32,094 nt of DNA from a virus (Duplodnaviria; Caudoviricetes): IMG/VR virus record IMGVR_UViG_3300011335_000271, positions 1-32,094 of that record; one strand, given 5' to 3'. The notes under the pieces were generated by a model. That model was given only the letters and a program-made list of their open reading frames with translations. It made no database searches and was not told where the DNA came from. The position numbers and the translations under genes are program-made. Position 1 is the first letter of the stretch; the number at the start of each line of letters is the position of its first letter. Positions 1 through 7,311 of the stretch are shown in pieces.

Positions 1-187
1 ATCTGTCATCAATGTATCTTCCTGTCCATCGCATGATTTTCACGAAGTCTTTTAATGCACCTCTTCGTAAGTGAGGAATGGATTCAGCAACTACTGATAC
101 TTCTAATCCTGCTTGACGTGTACACTTGTCTATAAGTACAGGCAAGATTCCGAACGTCTTACCTGCTGATGTACCTCCTTGAATTAT
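1..187. repeat. Terminal direct repeat, left copy (circular assembly overlap)
   Basis: 1-187 equals 31908-32094 except T127 vs G32034; it lies inside the TerL ORF, implying a circle of about 31,907 bp. Confidence 0.95.
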
Positions 188-244
188 CTTAATCCGTTTT
201 TTTAAGGATAGGATTTTATTTATTGCTGTCGTTCTCTTGAACAT
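1..244 (-). CDS. terL: Terminase large subunit, 5' part (continues across the junction into 31907..30991)
   Basis: ATG at 244 gives MFKRTTAINKILSLKKRIKIIQGGTSAGKTFGILPVLID with Walker A GGTSAGKT; in frame with the 30991 ORF, giving 386 aa when joined. Confidence 0.93.
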   Translation of the reverse strand, partial: MFKRTTAINKILSLKKRIKIIQGGTSAGKTFGILPVLIDKCTRQAGLEVSVVAESIPHLRRGALKDFVKIMRWTGRYIDDR

Positions 245-647
245 CGGGGAACAATGGTTGCTCTGTTATGATAGTGCTTTCTACTTTCTCTGTGAGTCCG
301 TTTAAACGTGCAGTTAAACTTGCATTGTATTGTCCAACCATACCTCCTGAGATTTGGTCTTGGCGTATTTCTCGTCTTATATGTGTAGAGATAGTACAGA
401 AATCTTCGTATGCTTTACTTGTATTCTCAAGATAGTGACTTACAGTACACTCAAACTTGTTGTAACAATACACTTCAAAACCATCAATGCTGAGTGGACA
501 TTCTAAAGGTTCTGCAACCATGTCTCCACTTCTTTGGTTCATTACATATTTGTATCTTGGATTTTCTTTTACATACGTCTTGTATGCTTGGAACATTTCT
601 AGTAGTTGTTCTGGAGTGTCTATCTTTCTTGGTCTTCCTCTTTTCAT
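216..647 (-). CDS. terS: Terminase small subunit (P22 gp3-like DNA packaging protein)
   Basis: GRPRK N-terminus, PLSIDGF and GQYNASLTARLNGL segments; directly upstream of and overlapping TerL. Confidence 0.8.
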   Translation of the reverse strand: MKRGRPRKIDTPEQLLEMFQAYKTYVKENPRYKYVMNQRSGDMVAEPLECPLSIDGFEVYCYNKFECTVSHYLENTSKAYEDFCTISTHIRREIRQDQISGGMVGQYNASLTARLNGLTEKVESTIITEQPLFPDVQENDSNK

Positions 648-650
648 TTG

Positions 651-866
651 TTATTTCGTTTTTTTGTAGTTTTTAAAATGGTCTAAAAATTCATTCTCAT
701 CTATTTCTTCAACGCACATTAATCCATCCGCATCTGTTAAGTATACCACATAGTGAAAGCCTTGCTTACTTAGATAGTCTGTTACCTTGTTAGCAGCTTC
801 TATCATTTCTTTTCCGTGGTCAACTAAGTAATATCTCATTTCGTGTTTATGTAAAAAGTCTGCCAA
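651..866 (-). CDS. Hypothetical protein
   Basis: 71-aa ORF tightly packed in the operon. Confidence 0.7.
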   Translation of the reverse strand: MADFLHKHEMRYYLVDHGKEMIEAANKVTDYLSKQGFHYVVYLTDADGLMCVEEIDENEFLDHFKNYKKTK

Positions 867-1281
867 TTTCAGGTAACTGATTCACTACATCTTGATTGTT
901 ATCGTAATGCACAGAAATATTTAACTCTTTTACTTTATCAACTTTTGCCTTGTTGCTTCCAGTAGCGTAAACTCGTGAGAAAAGTATTCCTGCTTTATTT
1001 GCTCTTGCTAACATTCCGTCTTTTTCTGAACGTGCTGAAATAATGTAAACATCTACACCTGATTCAATCAAACTAACTGCTCTATCAAATCCTTTCTGAG
1101 TTGAAAATGTTCCATCGTAATCAAATGATATCTTTTCTCCTGCAAGTTTCTCTGAATAAGTAGAACGACAAACTGCTGCTCGTTGTTCTTGGTCGTATTC
1201 ACTTACCATTTTACTATCAGACATACATCGTTGCAAGAAGTCCGATTGTGATTCTCCTGATTTAGGTTTAGGAATTGGCAT
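847..1281 (-). CDS. Small N-terminal phage domain fused to a HAD-superfamily phosphatase-like domain
   Basis: Likely start MPIPKPK at 1281; HAD motif I FDYDGT, motif II IISAR, Lys in SNKAK, motif IV HYDNN. Confidence 0.7.
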   Translation of the reverse strand: MPIPKPKSGESQSDFLQRCMSDSKMVSEYDQEQRAAVCRSTYSEKLAGEKISFDYDGTFSTQKGFDRAVSLIESGVDVYIISARSEKDGMLARANKAGILFSRVYATGSNKAKVDKVKELNISVHYDNNQDVVNQLPEIGRLFT

Positions 1282-1651
1282 CTTCGTCTTTATATTCGTT
1301 GAATACCTTTTGCATCTTTTGGATAATCTCCAACCAACAAGTAGCACATGAAGTAGGCTCTCTGCTGATTCCAAAGATACGGTTGTATATTTTTAAGATT
1401 GCATCTTGTTCACTTGGTTTTAATTCTTGTTTAGTTAATACCTTAGTTTCGTTTAGGTACGTGTATTCATCCTCTGTTAAACATTTAGGAGTTCTGTAAG
1501 GGAATAACTCGTTGAGCTTTGCTTGACGTTCATCGCATCCGCAATCTTCTCCTGCAATAAATTTAACTAGTTTATCAATTCCAGTAGCTTTTGTTATTTG
1601 TGCTACTGTGTCTCCTAGTCCTTGTGCTTTTGGTGTTCGTGTTTTTGCCAT
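1268..1651 (-). CDS. Hypothetical Cys-containing phage protein
   Basis: 127 aa with GLGDT, DCGCDER and SCATC; possible metal binding. Confidence 0.75.
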   Translation of the reverse strand: MAKTRTPKAQGLGDTVAQITKATGIDKLVKFIAGEDCGCDERQAKLNELFPYRTPKCLTEDEYTYLNETKVLTKQELKPSEQDAILKIYNRIFGISREPTSCATCWLEIIQKMQKVFNEYKDEDANS

Positions 1652-1654
1652 TAT

Positions 1655-1834
1655 TTATTTTTTAAAGTGTTCTTTACTTAACTCCTGTAAATCATTACGG
1701 AGCATTTCATTTTCTTTTTTTAATCGTTTACATTCTCTTTCCATACGAATGTATTCTCTAAAATTTTCCTTTGAACGTTCCTGACGTAACTCAAGTTCTC
1801 GCTCTACTAATTCAAGTATATTTCTAAACATCAT
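1655..1834 (-). CDS. Small coiled-coil hypothetical protein (59 aa, not in ORF track)
   Basis: MMFRNILELVERELELRQERSKENFREYIRMEKECKRLKKENEMLRNDLQELSKEHFKK; ATGA overlap with the sigma gene stop. Confidence 0.65.
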   Translation of the reverse strand: MMFRNILELVERELELRQERSKENFREYIRMERECKRLKKENEMLRNDLQELSKEHFKK

Positions 1835-2358
1835 ATTAATTCAAAATCGTTGTTTAAATAATCTTCAAAGTCCTCACCTACGTTTTCTTTGATTCGTTTT
1901 TTACAATGTTTCAAAGTATTAAAAATAGATTTCAGACTAATATTCGTTTCCTTTGCGATGTCTCGCATTGATAAAGTTTTGTTTCTATAAATGTCAAAGA
2001 GCATCTTGTCGTAATGATGCCATGTTTTACTTTCAGCTTCAATCAATGTTTCAATTCTATTAAACGCTTCGTGCTTGTCTATAGTATCTTCAATATCTTG
2101 TAAGTTGTAAAGATTCTCTATTGATATAAACTCTATCTTATTTCTTTTGTTGCTATCGTGCCAACAGTTTCTAAGTAAAGTCCAAATGTAAAATAGATTT
2201 ACTTCTCCTGATTCGTTTAAGACTTTTTCCTTTTGTCCGTATTTATGTAGACGCAGATACATTTCCTGTACAACGTCCTCAGGTAAATCACTTCCGAAAG
2301 TGGTAACTATCTTTACCCATTCTTTGTGATGGTTTGAAACTTTAGTTAGTAACTCCAT
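1831..2358 (-). CDS. ECF (sigma-70 group 4)-like RNA polymerase sigma factor
   Basis: Region 2-like EDVVQEMYLRL...YIWTLLRNCWHD; region 4 HTH LSMRDIAKETNISLKSIFNTLKHCKKRIK; 175 aa. Confidence 0.82.
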   Translation of the reverse strand: MELLTKVSNHHKEWVKIVTTFGSDLPEDVVQEMYLRLHKYGQKEKVLNESGEVNLFYIWTLLRNCWHDSNKRNKIEFISIENLYNLQDIEDTIDKHEAFNRIETLIEAESKTWHHYDKMLFDIYRNKTLSMRDIAKETNISLKSIFNTLKHCKKRIKENVGEDFEDYLNNDFELI

Positions 2359-2373
2359 TGATTAAATTCTAAT

Positions 2374-2381
2374 CAAACTTA
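2374..2381 (-). promoter_or_regulatory. Bacteroidota housekeeping promoter -7 box upstream of the sigma gene
   Basis: TAAGTTTG matches TAnnTTTG, 15 nt upstream of the ATG and just after a terminator. Confidence 0.6.
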
Positions 2382-2422
2382 CGATGAAAATCTAAACACG
2401 TTGCCAAAAAGTTATCAACAAT

Positions 2423-2450
2423 AAAAAAAACCACCTGTTAAAGTGGTTCT
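2423..2450 (-). terminator. Intrinsic terminator
   Basis: Minus strand AACCAC-TTTAACAG-GTGGTT followed by a T run. Confidence 0.6.
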
Positions 2451-2659
2451 AAATTGTTTAAGTAAATCTCTCTGCTGATGTAGTTATCTAACTTTATAAC
2501 GGTGCAGAGTGTGACATCTTTTCCTTGTAGGAACTTATCTATCTGATACTGATGGAATCTGCCTGTTTTTGATTTTATCTCCTGCACAATTTGGTTTCGT
2601 GTTTTGGTACGAAGCAACATCTCCAATTGCTTTCGCAATCCTCCTTCATCAATGTACAT
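2438..2659 (-). CDS. Hypothetical protein, possible HTH DNA-binding protein
   Basis: 73 aa; QYQIDKFLQGKDVTLCTVIKLDNY resembles XRE-like helices. Confidence 0.6.
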   Translation of the reverse strand: MYIDEGGLRKQLEMLLRTKTRNQIVQEIKSKTGRFHQYQIDKFLQGKDVTLCTVIKLDNYISREIYLNNLEPL

Positions 2660-2892
2660 TAAAACGGAAAGTCCGAGTCATTATTTACTTGACTAATTGG
2701 TTCACTTACTGGAGCTACATATGGCTCAGAGAATGACAAACTTAAAAAGCTCCCGTTCTTACCTTGTTTAATCCAAGCAGCAATCTCTACTTCTTTTCCG
2801 AATGAGTTTCCTTTACCTCTGTAATCAGGTTGGTTAGGACTCGTCTTTTTGTCGTTCTTGAATAGAACACCTGTGTTTACTTTGTTTTCCAT
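2659..2892 (-). CDS. Putative single-stranded DNA-binding protein (DUF736-like)
   Basis: GVLFKND...QPDYRG...IAAW...FLSLS with an acidic SSB-type tail DSDFPF. Confidence 0.65.
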   Translation of the reverse strand: MENKVNTGVLFKNDKKTSPNQPDYRGKGNSFGKEVEIAAWIKQGKNGSFLSLSFSEPYVAPVSEPISQVNNDSDFPF

Positions 2893-2913
2893 TGTATATT
2901 TGTTTAATTGTTA

Positions 2914-3024
2914 CTAAAATAATCCTTTAAATATCTGTGATACTATTGCCGTACCTACTAAAATAATTGCAGTCGTTACTATTAACATTCCGATTATTGC
3001 TATTGTTTTTTCTTTTATCTTCAT
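2914..3024 (-). CDS. Small single-pass membrane peptide (36 aa, not in ORF track)
   Basis: MKIKEKTIAIIGMLIVTTAIILVGTAIVSQIFKGLF; its ATG is supplied by the junction repeat. Confidence 0.6.
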   Translation of the reverse strand: MKIKEKTIAIIGMLIVTTAIILVGTAIVSQIFKGLF

Positions 3025-3035
3025 CTTATTCTGAT

Positions 3036-3215
3036 TTAAAGTTTATCAATTTCATTTTCTAATTGTTCTGCTAATCTCCATTGCTCCTCACTTTCTTGAT
3101 TTTCTATCGCTTGTTCAAGTTCAGAAATATATTTCAAAACACTTATTGGTGTTTTTATATAATCCTCTTCTGCATTTAATTTCCAATAATTTAAGTCTTT
3201 AGTTTCTTCTTCCAT
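3036..3215 (-). CDS. Hypothetical protein
   Basis: Probable start MEEETKD at the repeat ATG (3215); stop lies inside the next repeat. Confidence 0.65.
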   Translation of the reverse strand: MEEETKDLNYWKLNAEEDYIKTPISVLKYISELEQAIENQESEEQWRLAEQLENEIDKL

Positions 3216-3216
3216 C

Positions 3217-3438
3217 TTATTCTGATTTAAAGGTTTCATTGTAATATTGTTCTACATTAGCAAATGCAGTTCTAATATCTAAGTCCAATGCTTTGTCTAA
3301 ACAATGTTCCGCAAACTTAATCTTCTGCTCCTTCTCCATTTCTTTGGCTTGTTCAAAGATTTCATCAAATGACTTTTTATAATTTTCATTTGTAATTTTT
3401 TCAAGAAACTCTTTTCTTATAAATTCTACTGCTGTCAT
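3217..3438 (-). CDS. Hypothetical protein (TAVE...QAKEMEKEQ...YYNETFKSE type)
   Basis: 73 aa; starts and ends within junction repeats. Confidence 0.75.
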   Translation of the reverse strand: MTAVEFIRKEFLEKITNENYKKSFDEIFEQAKEMEKEQKIKFAEHCLDKALDLDIRTAFANVEQYYNETFKSE

Positions 3439-3449
3439 CTTATTCTGAT

Positions 3450-3785
3450 TTAAAGGTTAATAAAAAAATTGTTTATCTTATCAAACAACCATCCTGTTAA
3501 GTAAGCCTCGGGCTCATCATTATGGAGGTCAACCTTAGCATTTATACCCAAGAATATGTAGTTCTTAATATGTACTATCTCATGAGCTATATTACTAAGG
3601 TGATTTACATCAGTAAATGCTACAACATAGTGCCTATACTTTGACTTGTCCTCAAATGTTAATGCTCCAAACTCACCCCAATTACCTTGTAGCTTATACT
3701 TTTTTACAACTTCATTAAGGTCATTGGTAAAGATGATTGTGAGGTCGCAGTTGTATATAGGCACTTCAATTGTCTTACACTTCAT
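3450..3785 (-). CDS. HExxH zinc metallopeptidase-like protein
   Basis: IAHEIVH plus downstream DEPEAYL; probable start MKCKTIEVPIY. Confidence 0.65.
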   Translation of the reverse strand: MKCKTIEVPIYNCDLTIIFTNDLNEVVKKYKLQGNWGEFGALTFEDKSKYRHYVVAFTDVNHLSNIAHEIVHIKNYIFLGINAKVDLHNDEPEAYLTGWLFDKINNFFINL

Positions 3786-3960
3786 CTTCTTTAATATCAC
3801 TAAATACAGTCTTCACCTCTACGCACCATCCGTCATACTCTAACTCACCATCTTTCTCATAAAAGAAATGTTCTGTGTTGTTAGCATCTGTGATAATGTA
3901 GCCATTGTCTACGCTTGTTGACTTAATTCTAATTGGCATTTTTAATTTTAATTCACTCAT
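3775..3960 (-). CDS. Hypothetical protein
   Basis: 61-aa ORF preceded by AATAAGATG. Confidence 0.6.
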   Translation of the reverse strand: MSELKLKMPIRIKSTSVDNGYIITDANNTEHFFYEKDGELEYDGWCVEVKTVFSDIKEDEV

Positions 3961-3993
3961 CTTATTTTGTTTTTAATTGTTACTTATTCTGAT

Positions 3994-4197
3994 TTATTTG
4001 TTTTTAAATTCGTCTTTTAGTCGTTCCAAGTAAAGCACAAAATCCATAGCTTCTTCTTGTGCGTGTGTAAGCCATTCTAATGTGCTTAAATCAGTTCTTT
4101 CTAACGTTGTGTTGTACTTGGTTATTCCTACTTGACTTCGTTCATTAAAACGTGCTAAAACACGAAGTACAATTTTATCTTCTATTTGTTGTTTCAT
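3994..4197 (-). CDS. Hypothetical protein, possibly all-alpha NTP pyrophosphohydrolase-like
   Basis: GITKYNTTL...WLTHAQEEAMDFVLYLE acidic helix motif; the function is an inference. Confidence 0.55.
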   Translation of the reverse strand: MKQQIEDKIVLRVLARFNERSQVGITKYNTTLERTDLSTLEWLTHAQEEAMDFVLYLERLKDEFKNK

Positions 4198-4403
4198 AGT
4201 TCGTTTTTTAGTTGTTTAACATATTCACTTGCATTATTTCCGAATCCATTTGTTTCAAAATTAGTTCCATCAAAATAAGCTTGTTCTAATTGTTGATTTT
4301 CATATTGCTTTGCTTTATCCCACAATTTATGATTGTATTCAAAGTCTTCTTCTGAATATGGGTCGAAAATTAAATTATCTAATAACCATTCTATTACACT
4401 CAT
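4194..4403 (-). CDS. Hypothetical protein, distant paralog of 3217..3438
   Basis: SVIEWL...KAKQYENQQLEQAY...SEYV parallels TAVEFI...QAKEMEKEQKIKF...EQYY. Confidence 0.65.
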   Translation of the reverse strand: MSVIEWLLDNLIFDPYSEEDFEYNHKLWDKAKQYENQQLEQAYFDGTNFETNGFGNNASEYVKQLKNEL

Positions 4404-5071
4404 AAGAAATTTATTAATGTGTTATAATACTCTCGGCATAGTTCTACCTGCTCTTTGATTTTTTCAATTACTTGTTCGTCTTTCTGTACATAGAATACCT
4501 TCACTCTTCGATTCTTTGGAATGTGTGAGAATAAATGTTTCTTTTGAATCTCATCTCTTAACTCTAAACTTTCATCCATTAGGTTAAGTTTCCAGTGAGC
4601 ACGTCTTACTTCATCTTCTACCATTAGTTCGGGTGTGTCAACAAGGCAGTAGCAAAGCATTGATTGTTGTTTACCTGTTAGCCACATATAGCCTTGTAAT
4701 TGGTAAAAGTAATCCTTTGTGGGAATCTCAGTCTCAAAGAATGGAAACGTTGTACCATCCCAACTTGACTTAACATCTAACAATACTTCGTCCGTGTTTA
4801 CATCGGGTGTTCCTGTAATCCAATCGTTTTCAAAATACTCCTCGTTCTTGTAGATAAATCCTACGTCAAGCACTTCGTTAACTAAGTTGATTGATTCATT
4901 CTCTACCTCGTTTCCTTTGTCCGTATAACGTGAGCTAAACTCTTTTCTGATTCCGTATTTATCCTGCAGGACTAACTCGTGAATGTAAGTCTTTGCAGTC
5001 TGTGAAAGCACCTCACTCTTATTGCGAGGTGCTGACATAATTTTTCCGATAGCTGAACAACGTATTTTCAT
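4400..5071 (-). CDS. YqaJ/lambda-exonuclease-like PD-(D/E)xK nuclease
   Basis: IRCSAIG, KGNEVE, GTPD, LDVKSSW, YFYQLQGYM; close to ERF. Confidence 0.85.
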   Translation of the reverse strand: MKIRCSAIGKIMSAPRNKSEVLSQTAKTYIHELVLQDKYGIRKEFSSRYTDKGNEVENESINLVNEVLDVGFIYKNEEYFENDWITGTPDVNTDEVLLDVKSSWDGTTFPFFETEIPTKDYFYQLQGYMWLTGKQQSMLCYCLVDTPELMVEDEVRRAHWKLNLMDESLELRDEIQKKHLFSHIPKNRRVKVFYVQKDEQVIEKIKEQVELCREYYNTLINFL

Positions 5072-5529
5072 TAGTATATCCATTTTAAGAATTTACGAAT
5101 CAATCCTATTTCTTGTGTGTTCGTGTTTTTGTAGTTTTTACTTACAGATTCTGTTAATGTATCACTAAACTGAACTTCAATTCTTTTTTTTGTATCAATT
5201 TGAACTTTAGACTTTCTCTCTTTATAAAGCATATTTTTCTTACTTTGATATTTTCTATATGAATCAACTATTTTAATAGATATAGGAATTTTATCATTCC
5301 ACTTATAGAATCCAAATTCATTTTTATAAACAATATTTTTAAGTTTTAAGAATGTCATTATTCTTGTTCCTACTGATATTTTAGGGCATATTGTATTCAG
5401 GCTCGTTAAATCATTTTCATTTAAATATTTGTAAATTAGATTTAATGATTCTAACCAATATTTATTACTCTTGTTATTTCCTCTCATAGCATCAAAGTTT
5501 AAATTAAGTTTTTGCTGATTAGTATTCAT
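5071..5529 (-). CDS. Hypothetical AT-rich, Lys/Asn-rich protein
   Basis: 152 aa; overlaps both neighbours by start/stop coupling. Confidence 0.65.
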   Translation of the reverse strand: MNTNQQKLNLNFDAMRGNNKSNKYWLESLNLIYKYLNENDLTSLNTICPKISVGTRIMTFLKLKNIVYKNEFGFYKWNDKIPISIKIVDSYRKYQSKKNMLYKERKSKVQIDTKKRIEVQFSDTLTESVSKNYKNTNTQEIGLIRKFLKWIY

Positions 5530-6044
5530 AATGCGTTTAATATATCAATTTGACCTTGTGTTAACTCAAACTTATCATCCAAAGATTGACGTGTTATTTT
5601 GCCAGCGTTTAATGCTTTGACTGCATCTTGGAATCGTTTAGAGTCTAATGCTTGTTTCTTTGGTTCGTCTTTTACTTGCTCTCCTGACGCATCTGTATCT
5701 TTGTCTGTTACAATGCCTAGAATAGCTGATAAAGCATATCTACGGATATATGTAATTGCACTGCCTAAAACTTGGAAGTCATTCATTCCTTTTAACTGTA
5801 CGTTCTGTGGAATTGTAGTTGAACTTTGTAACTGTTCTCCGCTTTCAACATGAAATAAACACGTAACTAAATTAGTGTCGTTAATTAATTGAGTAAATCC
5901 TAGTCCGTGTTTTTTTAGTAACGGATTAATAACACTAAAGATTTTAGGTAAATCAGAATAAGAATACCCGTAGCCTTGTGTTGCCTTATGAATTACAGGA
6001 ACTTCTTGCTGGAAATTAGCCAACGCTTTAAATAAATGTTTCAT
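5526..6044 (-). CDS. erf: ERF-family single-strand annealing recombinase
   Basis: GYSYSDL, HVESGE and the hallmark QVLGSAITYIRRYALSAILGIVTDKDTDA. Confidence 0.92.
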   Translation of the reverse strand: MKHLFKALANFQQEVPVIHKATQGYGYSYSDLPKIFSVINPLLKKHGLGFTQLINDTNLVTCLFHVESGEQLQSSTTIPQNVQLKGMNDFQVLGSAITYIRRYALSAILGIVTDKDTDASGEQVKDEPKKQALDSKRFQDAVKALNAGKITRQSLDDKFELTQGQIDILNAL

Positions 6045-6065
6045 GTTAATTAGTTTTTGTTTATA

Positions 6066-6073
6066 CGAATATA
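6066..6073 (-). promoter_or_regulatory. Possible -7 promoter box for the recombination operon
   Basis: TATATTCG, one mismatch to TAnnTTTG, in the short gap upstream of erf. Confidence 0.45.
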
Positions 6074-6078
6074 TGAAT

Positions 6079-6597
6079 TTATTTTATAACTTTTACTTTT
6101 TCTTTATATTTTTTTATAATATTTTTTAATTCTTCTATTGTCCAGCGTTTTTCTATATGTGCACGACTTTGCAGTTCTATTAGTTTTTCTCCTCCAATTC
6201 TTTTTTCTATGCCTATTTGATAATTTAATAAGTTACCTGATAAGTAAGTATTGCAATGCTCACATTGAAGATGCACATTGTCCTCGTCAAATCTTACGTT
6301 GGAATGTCCACCGCTGCTAAAATAGTGACCAGCGTTCTTTTTCTTTGGTATTGTGTTACATGAAATGCATAGTTGACCTTGATCACGTTCTCTAATGTAC
6401 TTGTTAAATATTGTTTGTGCTTCCTTTAACCAATCCTGTGTAGTTTTTAGCTCTGTTTTCATCCGTATTTTTTTTTCTTTCCACATCTTTTGCTTAATCT
6501 CATCTGAAAATGCTCTAAGACATTCCGTTTCTATGCAATATTTCATATTAAAACGGATTGGAATAAACTTTTCTTTGCAGTTTTTACATCTCGGCAT
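6079..6597 (-). CDS. ninG: NinG/Rap-family recombination endonuclease
   Basis: CKNC, FNKYIRERD, CISC, AGHY, RFDEDNVHLQCEHCN, GNLLNYQIGI. Confidence 0.9.
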   Translation of the reverse strand: MPRCKNCKEKFIPIRFNMKYCIETECLRAFSDEIKQKMWKEKKIRMKTELKTTQDWLKEAQTIFNKYIRERDQGQLCISCNTIPKKKNAGHYFSSGGHSNVRFDEDNVHLQCEHCNTYLSGNLLNYQIGIEKRIGGEKLIELQSRAHIEKRWTIEELKNIIKKYKEKVKVIK

Positions 6598-6761
6598 TAT
6601 TCATCATTTAAATTATCATCAATTTCAACTTCTTCTAATGCTCTCCAAATAATTGCCAATCCTTCACCATATAAATTTTGAATTGTTTGGTGGTCATATA
6701 TTAACATAATAGCTTTGAGTAATGACTGTGCATCATGTACTTGTTTAAACGTTGCTTTCAT
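6597..6761 (-). CDS. Hypothetical protein (54 aa, not in ORF track)
   Basis: MKATFKQVHDAQSLLKAIML...LNDE fills the gap exactly with TAATG coupling at both ends. Confidence 0.65.
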   Translation of the reverse strand: MKATFKQVHDAQSLLKAIMLIYDHQTIQNLYGEGLAIIWRALEEVEIDDNLNDE

Positions 6762-7018
6762 TAGTCAAATTTTATAGTGTCAATAATCCATTGTCTAAAA
6801 AGCAACTGCAATTCTACTTGTTGTTGGTATATTTCTTTTCTGTTATCTCCATATACCTGTAGAACTTTGTAGTCCGTTTTTCTAATCTCATCTGCTAAGA
6901 TGTTTGCTTTACGTTTCAAGTCTTGTTTGAAAACATACTGGTCGTTTAAGTCCTCAATGAAGTCAGCTAATACAGGAAGCACTGCTGATAGTGTTACTAA
7001 TTTGTGTTCTTTAGTCAT
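6761..7018 (-). CDS. Hypothetical protein
   Basis: 85 aa, translationally coupled. Confidence 0.7.
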   Translation of the reverse strand: MTKEHKLVTLSAVLPVLADFIEDLNDQYVFKQDLKRKANILADEIRKTDYKVLQVYGDNRKEIYQQQVELQLLFRQWIIDTIKFD

Positions 7019-7311
7019 AGCGTTATATTTTTAAATTTTAACTCGTGTTCTAATTCTTCAATTTTCTTTTTCAATTCTCCGTTTATTTGCAGACATCTGT
7101 TGATTTCTCTTCCTTGTAAACGTAATTCAGTCTCAAGTTGTAGGATAGCTTCTTCTATTTGCTTTAAATCTGCTTCCGTGTCCTTTGCTCCGTTGATAAA
7201 TTCAACTGCAGATGGTCGCTTTTCTTCAAGTTCTTCTCGTGTTAGCTTTACTTTCCAAATGTTCTTGTAAATAAGTCCTTTGATGTAAAGTAGTTTTAGT
7301 CCTATGTCCAT
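7015..7311 (-). CDS. Hypothetical coiled-coil protein
   Basis: 98 aa, heptad-rich C-terminal half. Confidence 0.7.
   Translation of the reverse strand: MDIGLKLLYIKGLIYKNIWKVKLTREELEEKRPSAVEFINGAKDTEADLKQIEEAILQLETELRLQGREINRCLQINGELKKKIEELEHELKFKNITL

Larger units (their letters stand above)
3022..3996 (-). repeat. Dispersed gene-junction repeat CTTTAAATCAGAATAAGATG
   Basis: Identical 20-mers at 3022-3041, 3213-3232 and 3436-3455; 14-bp core at 3983-3996. Confidence 0.9.

Noticed and set aside
1-187. Biological (virion) terminal repeat
   Set aside because: It falls in the middle of terL, which is more consistent with an assembly overlap than with physical genome ends
3022-3455. Junction repeats as a CRISPR or attC array
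   Set aside because: Intervening sequences are whole genes of 170-200 bp, the repeat is not palindromic, and no integrase is seen
5949-5963. Inverted 15-bp copy of the junction repeat (TAAATCAGAATAAGA) inside erf
   Set aside because: Opposite orientation, mid-gene, and encodes conserved-looking SYSDL residues; probably chance, but worth rechecking if inversions appear in reads
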